A stretch of DNA of 64,000 bases from NCBI GenBank assembly GCA_963750165.1, contig CAVVPN010000004.1, positions 512,001 to 576,000 of the forward strand, written 5' to 3'. Shown here one piece after another: positions 1-9,157 of this stretch. Each line of letters starts with the position of its first letter. Positions within the stretch are counted from its first letter, which is position 1. A program made the translations under genes and the position numbers. This stretch comes from an uncultured Gemmataceae bacterium (GTDB lineage Bacteria > Planctomycetota > Planctomycetia > Gemmatales > Gemmataceae). A model generated the notes under the pieces. The model saw nothing but the letters and a program-made list of their open reading frames with translations. It had not been told where the DNA came from and did not search any database.

Positions 1-326
1 TCGCGCACGGGCCGTGGTTCTTCGTCGTTTCGGACCTGGGCATGGTCCACTGCTTCGAGGCGAAGACGGGCAAGCGGCTGTGGCAGCGGCAACTGGGCGA
101 CCACCACAGCGCTTCGCCGGTCAGCGCCGACGGCTACCTCTACTTCATCGCCGATGACGGTGTGACGCACGTCTTCAAGGCGAGCGACCGCTTCGAGCCG
201 GTGGCGCAGAACGACCTGGGCGAGGAGTGCTACACGTCGCCGGCGATCTCGCGCGGCCAGCTGTTCATTCGCACGCAGCATCATTTGTGGTGCATCGGCA
301 CGCCGCGCGGCGCCGGGGCGAAATGA
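1..326 (+). CDS. PQQ-like beta-propeller (BamB-like) protein, C-terminal part (5' truncated by window)
   Basis: Motifs HSASPVSADG and YTSPAISRGQLFIRTQHHLWCIG are typical planctomycete PQQ-like propeller C-termini. Confidence 0.8.
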   Translation, partial: AHGPWFFVVSDLGMVHCFEAKTGKRLWQRQLGDHHSASPVSADGYLYFIADDGVTHVFKASDRFEPVAQNDLGEECYTSPAISRGQLFIRTQHHLWCIGTPRGAGAK

Positions 327-341
327 GGCAGGAGGTCGCTG

Positions 342-1373
342 GTGGATGACTACGACGCCTTCGTGGACGCCCTCCGCAGCGACCGCGGCAACGACGCCCT
401 GTTCCTGGTGTTCGCCGACTGGCTCGAAGAGCACAGCGACCCGCGCGCCGATCTGGTGCGCTGGCAGGTCGCGCGCGCCCGCCTCGCCGTGGACGACCCC
501 GTCGCGCTCGACCTGGACCGCTGTGAACAGGACTGGCTCCGGGAACATGGGGCGCTGCTGCTGGGCGAACTGGAGCCGCACGCCCTCGACTGGCGGCTGG
601 AGCGCGGCTTCGTGGCCGAGGCGACGGTGGAGGTGTCGGTATACCTGGAGCGGGCCGAGGCGCTGTGCCAGGCGGCGCCGCTGGCGCGATTCCGCGTGGT
701 GACCGACCGGCAGTGCGACGCGGACGGCAACGAGCTGCTGCGCTGCCTGGCGGAACTGCCGCAGCTGGGCCGCGTCCACGCGCTGGAGGTGCAGCGCTGC
801 GCCGTGGATGCGGAGGGTGTGGCGGCGCTGGTGGCGGCCGGCGGCCTGGACGGGCTGGTATTTCTGGACCTGAGTCACAACCTGCTGGGTGACGTGGGGC
901 CGCAGGCGCTGGCGTGGTCGCCGCGGCTGGCGCGGCTGGAGACGCTGGTGCTGCGGCACAGCCTGATCGGCGACCGGGGGCTGGAGGCACTGGCCCGCGC
1001 GCCGTATTTGGGCCGGCTGGAAGTGCTGGACCTGGAGGGCAACAGTGTCAGCGACCTGGGGCTGGCGGCGCTGGCCGATGCGCCGTTACTGCCGCGACTG
1101 ACGACGCTGGACCTGAGAAACAACATGGTGAGCGACCTGGGCGTGCAGGCGCTGGTCGCGGCGGAGCAGCTGGAGGGACTGACGGGCCTGGACCTGGGCG
1201 GCAACCACATCACCAACGCGGGGGCGGCGCTGCTGGCGGGCTGTGTCGGGCTGCGGCACCTGCGCGGCCTGGACCTGGGCGGCAATCATCTGACCGGGGC
1301 CGGCTGGGGCGAACTGCGGCAGTCGCCGTACCTGGGCCATCTCTTCCACGACCGCCATACCCGCGACGCTTGA
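342..1373 (+). CDS. TIGR02996-domain leucine-rich repeat protein
   Basis: N-terminal 'LVFADWLEEHSDPRA' motif, then LxxLDLxxNxIxDxG 28-aa LRRs; AGGAGG RBS upstream of GTG. Confidence 0.85.
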   Translation: MDDYDAFVDALRSDRGNDALFLVFADWLEEHSDPRADLVRWQVARARLAVDDPVALDLDRCEQDWLREHGALLLGELEPHALDWRLERGFVAEATVEVSVYLERAEALCQAAPLARFRVVTDRQCDADGNELLRCLAELPQLGRVHALEVQRCAVDAEGVAALVAAGGLDGLVFLDLSHNLLGDVGPQALAWSPRLARLETLVLRHSLIGDRGLEALARAPYLGRLEVLDLEGNSVSDLGLAALADAPLLPRLTTLDLRNNMVSDLGVQALVAAEQLEGLTGLDLGGNHITNAGAALLAGCVGLRHLRGLDLGGNHLTGAGWGELRQSPYLGHLFHDRHTRDA

Positions 1374-1399
1374 GTGCGCCACGGAGCGGCGGTCGGTAA

Positions 1400-1577
1400 G
1401 GCCGGATACCACAGCAAATTCCCCGCAATGAAGACGTTGGGGTCGCCGGCGAAGACGGCCTCCAGGCCATGCTTGATGGTGACGATCCACTCCCATTGCA
1501 GCGTATTGTCAGCCATGGGCAGTCCATCGTCTTCGGGGTACTCGATCTCCGCGGTCGGCGTTGCGGGGGTGCTCATG
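1400..1577 (-). pseudogene. Truncated Uma2-family (DUF820) endonuclease, N-terminal ~58 aa only
   Basis: MSTPATPTAEIEYPEDDGLPMADNTLQWEWIVTIKHGLEAVFAGDPNVFIAGNLLWYP matches Uma2 N-termini; similarity ends before the catalytic PD motif. Confidence 0.75.
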
Positions 1578-1774
1578 GGAATGTTTCTGGAAGGTGTGGG
1601 AGCGCTGAACCACAACCGCATTTTACCCCGTGGGCCGCCGACGGTGATAGGCCAGGTGGTTTCGGACGGCGTCAACCCTCCACGCGCTGGCTGCCCAGTT
1701 GCCAACGCTGTGTTATTATTTCTTTGGCGGCAGATGATCACCCTGCTTAATCGCGGTACAGAGAGAGGACATTC

Positions 1775-2530
1775 ATGAACAACCACGAGTTCGCTGCCGG
1801 AGCGGTCATCTTCCGCGTCGGCGACCCGGGCACGCGCGCCTACCTGATCCACACGGGCAATGTGGAGTTGCTCCGCGGTGGTGCCGACCACCCGGTGCGG
1901 CTGGCGCTGCTGGGCCCGGGTGAGGTCTTCGGCGAAATGAGTCTGGTCGAGGAGCGGCCGCACAGCCTGACCGCGCGGGCGGTGCGCGCGGTCGTGGCCG
2001 AGGGCATGACGCGCGACGAGTTCGAGCGAGCGCTCACCGCCGACCCGGCAAAGTTCCGCGTCTACCTGCGGGCGCTGTTCGAGCGGCTCCGCACCATGGC
2101 GGCCCAGGCCGGCAGCCTGGCGCTCGCTGGCCCGGTGTGCGTGGCACCAAGCGTCAGCATCCATCCGCTGACCCGCCGCGCCGCGGCGACGCTGCCCATC
2201 GACGGTCTGACCGTCACCAAGTTTCCGTTCCGCATCGGCCGCGCCGACCAGCAGCACGAATGGGACGCCGCCGACCTCAACGACCTGTGGCTGATCGATC
2301 AGGTGCCGTTCAACGTCTCGCGCACCCACGCTCAGCTCGACCTGCAGGACGGCGCCGTCGTGATCCGGGACCGCGGTTCACGCCTGGGGATCTACGTCAA
2401 CGAACAATCCATCGGCGGCGCCAGCCTTCACTGGCAGTCGGTGCTCGAGGATGGCGACAACGTCGTCATCCTCGGCGGCTCGCTGTCGCCGTACCAGTTT
2501 CGCGTCCATGTCGAACACAGTAAGCCATGA
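1775..2530 (+). CDS. Cyclic nucleotide-binding domain + FHA domain protein
   Basis: GEVFGEMSLVEERPHSLTARA (cNMP); FRIGR...VSRTHA...DRGSRLGIYVN (FHA). Confidence 0.85.
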   Translation: MNNHEFAAGAVIFRVGDPGTRAYLIHTGNVELLRGGADHPVRLALLGPGEVFGEMSLVEERPHSLTARAVRAVVAEGMTRDEFERALTADPAKFRVYLRALFERLRTMAAQAGSLALAGPVCVAPSVSIHPLTRRAAATLPIDGLTVTKFPFRIGRADQQHEWDAADLNDLWLIDQVPFNVSRTHAQLDLQDGAVVIRDRGSRLGIYVNEQSIGGASLHWQSVLEDGDNVVILGGSLSPYQFRVHVEHSKP

Positions 2531-2609
2531 TCCACAGATGGCACAGCTGGCACAGATAAAAAACCAATTAAGAGGTCTTTATCTGTGCCAGCTGTGTCAT
2601 CTGTGGATC
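2529..2609. repeat. Long palindromic element (CCACAGA-N-CACAG family)
   Basis: GATCCACAGATGGCACAGCTGGCACAGATAAA ... TTTATCTGTGCCAGCTGTGTCATCTGTGGATC, near-perfect ~32-bp arms between convergent genes. Confidence 0.85.
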
Positions 2610-2618
2610 GAATTCTTC

Positions 2619-4583
2619 TCAGCCGTCCACCACCGAATCGAACACGCGCACCCCCGCCCAGTTGTCCTGGTTCTCGGCGATGAACTGCTCGTGCCGCGGC
2701 GCCTCCTGATACTGGTCGTGCGCCGCCTGCTCGGTGAAGACCAGGTGCAGCGCCACGTCGAAGTCGCGGACGTTCACCGCACGGTCGAGCGCCTCTGCCA
2801 GCGTGCCCGCCGCGAAGAACAACGTGCCGGGGTGCCCCGTCAGATACTGCTTGCACGCCGCCACCAACTTCGCCTTCGCCGCGGCGGAACGGTCCTTCAG
2901 CGCGAAATAAACGTTGTGTACCAGCATGTTCAGCGCCTCCGGTTTGGGAAGGGGATTGACCACCGCTTGCAGGTGCTCCCAGCTCCGCAGGAACAGGTCC
3001 TGGGCGTGGTTCTGTTCCGCCTCGTTCAGCGGGGCGTTACTTTCCGCGAACAACTGCAACTGGTAGATGGGCCCGGGCGGGTCCACGGCGTCCGCGCTCG
3101 TCGTGCCGTGCCAGCGGTCCAGCAAGCGGCGGATGGCCTGTTCGTGCCGGCCGAGGGACAACTCCGTCCCACCGATGCGGGGATGCAAGGGACGGCCGCC
3201 GCGGTCGAACTCCGCGAACACCAGGTAGCCCGAACGGTGGCCGGGTTTGACCAGCCAGACCACCCCGTATTCGACGGGCGTCGCGCCGCCGCTGCGATAC
3301 GTCTGTTGCTTTTCGACGACCCAGCCCTGGGAGGTGTAACAGCGCGTCAGGTCGTGCCACCCCGGGAACGGATAGTCCAGGGACAGGATGGCCTGCTGCC
3401 CCCCCTGACGGTAGGACCACACGCCGGAGAATTCGCCGAAGGCACTGCCGGCATTGCGGTTCGCTCTGGAGAACTGTTCACGCTGCCAGCCCCCCAGCTG
3501 CTCCGGGAGCGTGTCCTGGTTCAGCCGCTCCACGACCGGGCCGACGCGATCCTCCGCCGCGGTGCCGGTGCCCTCCGCCGCCGGGCCGTTCAGGAACACG
3601 CCCAGCACGCCCAGCGCCCCGAACGCGGCCGTCGTCACCCAGGGGCCGAGTCCGAGTCCGGCCGCCTCCGGCGCCGGCGCTTCGCCCGGCGTCGGCTCCG
3701 GTGCCGGGCGCGCCCTGCCCCCCCCGGCCAGCAACGCCAGCAAGCGGTCGCTGCTCCAGACCAGCAGCAGCACCAGGCCGAACAGCCCCAGGCCCAGAGC
3801 GTCGTGGCGCCAGCCGCTCGCCAGGTCGATGCCGCGCCGCGAGAACAGGTAGGCGATGACCACCACCCGGGTCACGTTGGCCGCCAGGACCCAGACCACC
3901 GCCGCGGCCAGCAACAGCAGCCCCCAGAGCAGCGGCCGACGAACCCAGAACACGAACAGCAACGTACACGCCACGACCGAAAACAGCGAGTTGATGCCGG
4001 CGCAGGCCTCCTCGACCAGCAGCCGGCGGCCGCTGATTTCCACCACATGGCCGTCCATGACGTGGAAGATACCCAGCAGGTCCAGCACCCCGCTGCTGCA
4101 ACCGCTGGTGAACGATTGCAGACCGAGGATCAGGTTGCGGTCCAGCTCAAACGGCGGCGGCACGACGAGCCACAACAGCACCCAGGCCGGCAACGCCAGA
4201 CGGAACAGCCGCAGACCGCCCACCCCGACCAGGACCGCCGCCAGCAGCACCAAAGCGGCGATCGTCCCGAGCCAGGAAGAGTTGAGCAGCACCGCCGTCG
4301 CCGTCAACAGCCAGGCCAGTGCCCCGAGGCTGTAACCCAGGCCGCGGTTGCCGGGGGGCAGCTGCCTGAGCGCGTGCAGCCGCTGCCAGGCGAGGGCGGC
4401 CGCTCCGAGCAGCACCACGGGGAAGAACTGGTAGTGCGGCCGCAGCCACAGCTGCCGGCCGTGGCTCAGCAGCAGCGGCACCAGGGCCACCGCCACGGCC
4501 AGCGCCGCGGCCACCACCGGCCAGGATATGGGAGGCCCTTTGCCCTGTTCGGCCTCGTGTACGGGAGTTTCAACGCTCGACAT
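2619..4583 (-). CDS. Exosortase (planctomycete exosortase U-like, with EpsI-like region) in frame with a C-terminal Dabb stress-responsive barrel
   Basis: Multi-TM protein with VEEACAG (Cys), ANVTR (Arg), WRHDALG (His) triad; last 102 aa (from ATG 2927) MLVHNVYFALKD...HDQYQEAPRHEQFI is Dabb-like. Confidence 0.8.
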   Translation of the reverse strand: MSSVETPVHEAEQGKGPPISWPVVAAALAVAVALVPLLLSHGRQLWLRPHYQFFPVVLLGAAALAWQRLHALRQLPPGNRGLGYSLGALAWLLTATAVLLNSSWLGTIAALVLLAAVLVGVGGLRLFRLALPAWVLLWLVVPPPFELDRNLILGLQSFTSGCSSGVLDLLGIFHVMDGHVVEISGRRLLVEEACAGINSLFSVVACTLLFVFWVRRPLLWGLLLLAAAVVWVLAANVTRVVVIAYLFSRRGIDLASGWRHDALGLGLFGLVLLLVWSSDRLLALLAGGGRARPAPEPTPGEAPAPEAAGLGLGPWVTTAAFGALGVLGVFLNGPAAEGTGTAAEDRVGPVVERLNQDTLPEQLGGWQREQFSRANRNAGSAFGEFSGVWSYRQGGQQAILSLDYPFPGWHDLTRCYTSQGWVVEKQQTYRSGGATPVEYGVVWLVKPGHRSGYLVFAEFDRGGRPLHPRIGGTELSLGRHEQAIRRLLDRWHGTTSADAVDPPGPIYQLQLFAESNAPLNEAEQNHAQDLFLRSWEHLQAVVNPLPKPEALNMLVHNVYFALKDRSAAAKAKLVAACKQYLTGHPGTLFFAAGTLAEALDRAVNVRDFDVALHLVFTEQAAHDQYQEAPRHEQFIAENQDNWAGVRVFDSVVDG

Positions 4584-4646
4584 GAGGACACTCGGGGTTG
4601 TGGTGATTGCCGGCGAACCGAGGGTGTCGGCGACCGAAGGGCGCGG

Positions 4647-6179
4647 TCAACCCTTGGTTTTGGACCTGGCGGCCAGCTGGTCGGCCCGGCTCCGGTGCCT
4701 GGCGGCCAGGTCGGGCACGTCCAGGTGCTCGTACACCGTGGCCAACCGGCGGTGCAGGGCGGGGTTATCCGGGGTCTTGCTCACGGCCGCCAGCAGGTCC
4801 GGGAGGGCCTCCTCCCATTTCCCCATTTTAATGTAAATCTGGCCGCGCGTGTCGCGGTAGTTGGGCTGGTCGGTTTTCTTCAGCACCTGGTTGATGATCT
4901 GCAGGGCACGCGGCAGGTCAGGCGGGTCGGCGTCCGCCAGGTGCATGGCCAGGGTGTTGGCGACCTCGATCAGGTGGGGAGCCAGCTGATACGCCTGCTT
5001 CCAGTAGACGCCCGCCTGTTTCTTGTCGCCGCGCTGCCAGGCGTCCACGCCGAGGGCGAAGTGGGCGACGCCCTGGGCCTTGCCGTCGGTCAGCAAGCCC
5101 TGCAAGGCGGCGCGGGCCTTGTCGGCGTCCGGCCCCTTGGCGGTCGCGGCGGCCAGCAAGCGATTCACCAGCACCAGGTTGGTCGGGTCATTGGCCAGCC
5201 CCTTCTCGACCAGCCCCAGTTGATCCTGGGCCTTTTCCCCCTTCACCTGGACCTGATAATCGCACCAGTCGGCGTAGACCTGGGCGAGCGCCTGTTTGTA
5301 GAGGGGGGCCTTGGTGGTGTTCCAGCCCCCCTCCAGGATGGTCACCGCTTCCTCGAATTGCCGCAGGACCAGGACAGCCCGCATCCAGTGGACGCGGGCC
5401 GCGTGGTCGTAAACGTTCGTCTTGACCCGTCCCTGGAACACCTTGATCGCCGACTGGGCCTGGGCGCGGGCGCTCTCCAGGTTGCCGCGGGCGTAGTACA
5501 ACTGGGCCAGGGGGACGCGAAACTCCGGTAGCGTCCGGGCCGCCCGCAGCAGGTACGGTTCCGCCAGGTCCGGTTGGCCCTCCGCCCAGTACACGCTGCC
5601 GAGCAAGCCGTGGGCCAGTTCGCGGTTCTTCACCTCGCCCTGCAGGGCCCGCAGCAGGTGGGCCAGGGCGATCTGACGCAACGCCTTCGTCTCCGGAGTG
5701 ATCTGGAGCGTGCGCACCGCGAACCACAGGTGCGCTTCACCGTAGCCCTGGCGGTCCGGCGGCGCCAGCTGCCGCATGACCAGCCTGGTGCGCTCCGTCT
5801 GGCCCAGAGCCTCGGCCGTCAGCGCCAGTTCGTAGAGGACTTCCGGCCGCTCCGGGTTCTGGGCGCACACCCGCTCGAAGCAGGTCATGGCCAGAGCATA
5901 TTCCCCGGCCCGGTAGGCGGCTCGGCCCTGTTCCAGGTAGCGCGACTCAACCTCGTGGGCCGGAGCCGTCAGACTGAACGCCGCCAGCACGATCAGCCCA
6001 ACGCCGGCGAGCAGCGCCGGCAATCCTTGCAGGAACAGGCGGAACGTCACGCCGCGAAACCACAGCCGGCAGCGCCGCCATGAACCTGTCAGCAGGTGGC
6101 TCAGCGGCCGCGTGAAGTGCTGGTTCCAGGCACGTCCCCAGCCCCGCAGCCGGCGCGCCATTCGCGAAAGGGATTTCAT
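4647..6179 (-). CDS. Membrane-anchored tetratricopeptide repeat protein
   Basis: One TM segment followed by TPR motifs (e.g. YRDTRGQIYIKMGKWEEALPDL); directly upstream of the exosortase; start codon uncertain. Confidence 0.8.
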   Translation of the reverse strand: MKSLSRMARRLRGWGRAWNQHFTRPLSHLLTGSWRRCRLWFRGVTFRLFLQGLPALLAGVGLIVLAAFSLTAPAHEVESRYLEQGRAAYRAGEYALAMTCFERVCAQNPERPEVLYELALTAEALGQTERTRLVMRQLAPPDRQGYGEAHLWFAVRTLQITPETKALRQIALAHLLRALQGEVKNRELAHGLLGSVYWAEGQPDLAEPYLLRAARTLPEFRVPLAQLYYARGNLESARAQAQSAIKVFQGRVKTNVYDHAARVHWMRAVLVLRQFEEAVTILEGGWNTTKAPLYKQALAQVYADWCDYQVQVKGEKAQDQLGLVEKGLANDPTNLVLVNRLLAAATAKGPDADKARAALQGLLTDGKAQGVAHFALGVDAWQRGDKKQAGVYWKQAYQLAPHLIEVANTLAMHLADADPPDLPRALQIINQVLKKTDQPNYRDTRGQIYIKMGKWEEALPDLLAAVSKTPDNPALHRRLATVYEHLDVPDLAARHRSRADQLAARSKTKG

Positions 6180-6400
6180 GCTCGCTGCTGTGCCCCGGTG
6201 TCCGTCTCTGGGAAGGAATTTGCTCAACTCAAATTGTATGAAGGTATTTCCAGAGCAGATGAGTCTGCGGTGAAGATTGTATGAGGAGGCGGCAGAACCC
6301 GCATCCCCCACCCCCTTACCTCGCCTTGTGAGAAGACCCGCGTTGCGGTATCGTGCCGCACCGGACGCCGCCGGGAGCGTCCGCGCCAGGAGGGCCGTCG

Positions 6401-7834
6401 GTGATCGCAGCTGCCGCCACGCACGCCCCAAAACCGCTCACGCTGCTGGTGCCGCTCGTCGCCGTCGCCATCGCCGCGGCCGGCGCCCTGCCCTACGCCG
6501 GCGGCTGGAACGACGGCAGCCGCCTGGCCACGGTCGAGTCCCTGGTGGACCGTCACACCCTGGCCATTGACGATTCCGTCTTCGTGCAGGTGCCTGGCGA
6601 CCTGTCGCAGCCTCCCTATCCCGCCACCGACCCCGGCACGCGCGCTCACGGCACCTACGACAAACTGCTGATCCGCGGCCATTTTTACTCGGACAAGCCC
6701 GCGATCATCTCGATCCTGATGGCCGCGGTTTACCAGGTGTGGGAACTGTGCGGCGGCCCGACCGCCGCCGAGCGCCCGGACCTGTTTTGCCTGCTCATGA
6801 CCATCACGACGAGCGGCCTGGCCTACGCCGTGGCGTGCGGTGGTCTCTGGCTGCTGGGCGGACGGCTGGGCCTGGCGCCGGGCCTGCGGTCGCTGTGGAC
6901 GGCCGCGTTCGCGCTGGCGACAACGGCCCTGCCGTACACGCGGCACGTCAACAACCACATCCTGCTGCTGGGCGTCACGGCACTGCTGTTCGTTCAGCTG
7001 CAAACGCTGGCGGCGGAGAGCCGGGCCGGTCGCGTCCGTCCGAGGTGCATGGTGTGCATCGGCGGGCTGGCGGGGCTGGCGTACTGCCTGGACCTCGGTA
7101 TCGGGCCGGTCCTGCTGCTGTGCCTGGGGCCGCTGCTGCTGTACCGCTGCCGCCGTGTTGCGCCGCTGGCCTGGTGCATCCTCGGGGCGCTGCCCTGGTT
7201 GGCGGCGCACCACACGCTGAACTACCTCATCGGCGGCACCTTCAAACCGATGAACACGGTGCCGGAGTATTCGCAGTGGCCGGGCTGTCCATTCACGCCG
7301 GCGAACATGACCGGCTTTCTGCGGCACGAGGGCTGGGAGTTGCTCGTGTACGCGCTGGCGCTGCTGTTCGGCAAGCACGGCTTCATCGGACACAACCTGC
7401 CGTTGTTCCTGGCGCTGCCGGGCGTGTGGCTGCTGCGCGACCGGCTGTGGCGCGACGCGGAACTGCTGTTCGCGCTGGCGTGGTGCGGCGGCTGCTGGCT
7501 GTTGTACGCGGCGTTTTCCAACAACTATTCAGGCTCGTGCTGTTCGATTCGCTGGTTTGTGCCGCTGTTGGTGCCGGGGTTTTACGTCCTCGGCCTGCTG
7601 CTGCGCGAGCGGCCCGAGTGCCGGTGGGACTTCGCGGTGCTGAGCGGCGGCGGTGTCGTGCTGGCGGCGATCATGTGGTGGCACGGGCCGTGGTGGGGCC
7701 GCATGGTGCCGCTGGTCTGGCCGGTGCAGGGGCTGACGCTGGCCGGCTGGCTCATCGTCCACGTCTGGCGCCGGCGGCTGGAACGAGGGCAAACCGCGGC
7801 AGCGCCGGAACCGCTCGCCGCACGGGCCGCTTGA
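6401..7834 (+). CDS. Polytopic membrane protein, possible GT-C glycosyltransferase
   Basis: About 10 hydrophobic segments; WNDGSRLATVESLVD and HFYSDKP loop motifs; co-oriented with GT9; start uncertain. Confidence 0.55.
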   Translation: MIAAAATHAPKPLTLLVPLVAVAIAAAGALPYAGGWNDGSRLATVESLVDRHTLAIDDSVFVQVPGDLSQPPYPATDPGTRAHGTYDKLLIRGHFYSDKPAIISILMAAVYQVWELCGGPTAAERPDLFCLLMTITTSGLAYAVACGGLWLLGGRLGLAPGLRSLWTAAFALATTALPYTRHVNNHILLLGVTALLFVQLQTLAAESRAGRVRPRCMVCIGGLAGLAYCLDLGIGPVLLLCLGPLLLYRCRRVAPLAWCILGALPWLAAHHTLNYLIGGTFKPMNTVPEYSQWPGCPFTPANMTGFLRHEGWELLVYALALLFGKHGFIGHNLPLFLALPGVWLLRDRLWRDAELLFALAWCGGCWLLYAAFSNNYSGSCCSIRWFVPLLVPGFYVLGLLLRERPECRWDFAVLSGGGVVLAAIMWWHGPWWGRMVPLVWPVQGLTLAGWLIVHVWRRRLERGQTAAAPEPLAARAA

Positions 7835-7855
7835 CCCGGCCGGAGGGAGAAGGGC

Positions 7856-9139
7856 ATGAACGTCACGCACATGCGCCGCATTGACCGCTGGCTCGGCACG
7901 CCAGTCTGTTTCCTGCTGACCTGCTGGCGCCGGCTGTTTGGCCGTCGTCCACCCGCCGCGGAGCGAAAGCCGCGCTCCATTCTGTTCATCAAACTCGCGG
8001 AGCAGGGCTCGACCGTGCTGGCCCAGTCCGCTCTGCGTGCCGCCGTCGAGCGCGTCGGCCGCGATAACGTGTATTTCTTGCTGTTCGCCGAGAATCGGCC
8101 CATCCTGGACCTGCTCGAACTGGTGCCGCCGCGGAACGTCATCGCCATCGACGCCCGCGGTCTGTGCGGGGCGGTGGTTGGGGCGCTGCGGGCGCTGTTT
8201 CGGCTACGTCGGTTGCACGTCGAGGCGGCGCTGGATCTGGAGTTCTTCGCCCGCTCCTCGGCAGCGCTGTGCTACCTGAGCGGCGCCCGCTGGCGCGTCG
8301 GTTTCCACAGCTTCGGCAACGAGGCCGCCTATCGCGGCGACCTGCTGACACACCGTCTGTCCTTCAACGCCTACCTGCACACGAGCCAGACGTTTCGCCT
8401 GCTGGTCGAGGCGCTCGACCGGCCCGCGGCGACGCTGCCGACGTTCCCGCTGGTGCCCGCGGCGCCGGAGCCGGCGGCCGCGTCGTTCGCGCCGGCGGCC
8501 GAGGAACTGGCGGAGGTGCGGCAACTCGTGGGGCAGACATTCCTGTCTGCCAACCTTTCAAAGATGGCAGACAGGAATGTCTGCCCCACGACACCGACCC
8601 AACTGTTCCTGCTCAACGCCAACGCCAGCGACCTGGTGCCGCTGCGCCGCTGGGCCGACGACCGCTATGTCGAACTGGCCCAGCGGCTGCTGAAGCACTA
8701 CCCCGACGCCAGCGTCCTGTTCACCGGTGCTCCCGCGGAGGAGGAAGCGGCCGCGGCGCTGGTGCGGCGCGTGGGTTCGCCGCGCTGCGGCTCGCTGGCC
8801 GGCAAAACCACCCTGCGCCAGCTGCTGGTGCTGTACTGCCTGGCGGATGTGCTGGTCACCAACGACAGCGGCCCCGCTCACTTTGCGACGCTGACGCCCG
8901 TTGACGTGGTGGTGCTGTTCGGTCCGGAGACGCCGTGGTTGTTCGCCGCCGTGTCGCCGCGCACGCACCCGCTCTGGGCCGGCCTGGCGTGCAGCCCGTG
9001 CGTCAGCGCCTTCAACGACCGCCACTCGTCCTGCCGCGACAACGTGTGCATGCAGCACCTCAGCGTCGGCCAGGTGTTCGAGGTGGTGTGTCGGGTATAC
9101 GAGGCCCGCGCCGGTCGGGGGCAACGGCTGGCCGCCTGA
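7856..9139 (+). CDS. Glycosyltransferase family 9 (heptosyltransferase-like)
   Basis: LVTNDSGPAHFA, VVLFGPETP and CSPC...C...CMQ motifs. Confidence 0.9.
   Translation: MNVTHMRRIDRWLGTPVCFLLTCWRRLFGRRPPAAERKPRSILFIKLAEQGSTVLAQSALRAAVERVGRDNVYFLLFAENRPILDLLELVPPRNVIAIDARGLCGAVVGALRALFRLRRLHVEAALDLEFFARSSAALCYLSGARWRVGFHSFGNEAAYRGDLLTHRLSFNAYLHTSQTFRLLVEALDRPAATLPTFPLVPAAPEPAAASFAPAAEELAEVRQLVGQTFLSANLSKMADRNVCPTTPTQLFLLNANASDLVPLRRWADDRYVELAQRLLKHYPDASVLFTGAPAEEEAAAALVRRVGSPRCGSLAGKTTLRQLLVLYCLADVLVTNDSGPAHFATLTPVDVVVLFGPETPWLFAAVSPRTHPLWAGLACSPCVSAFNDRHSSCRDNVCMQHLSVGQVFEVVCRVYEARAGRGQRLAA
8526..8591. repeat. REP-doublet palindrome inserted in frame in the GT9 gene
   Basis: TCGTGGGGCAGACATTCCTGTCTGCCA-acctttcaaaga-TGGCAGACAGGAATGTCTGCCCCACGA; perfect arms; GTGG followed by an internal hairpin. 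Confidence 0.9.
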
Positions 9140-9157
9140 TACGGCGCGGCGCATCGG

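Noticed and set aside
2451..5531. 1026-aa plus-strand ORF and similar long ORFs (15622-17571, 23234-25252, 26232-28385, 39340-41082, 41895-43904)
   Set aside because: Antisense shadows of real genes in high-GC DNA
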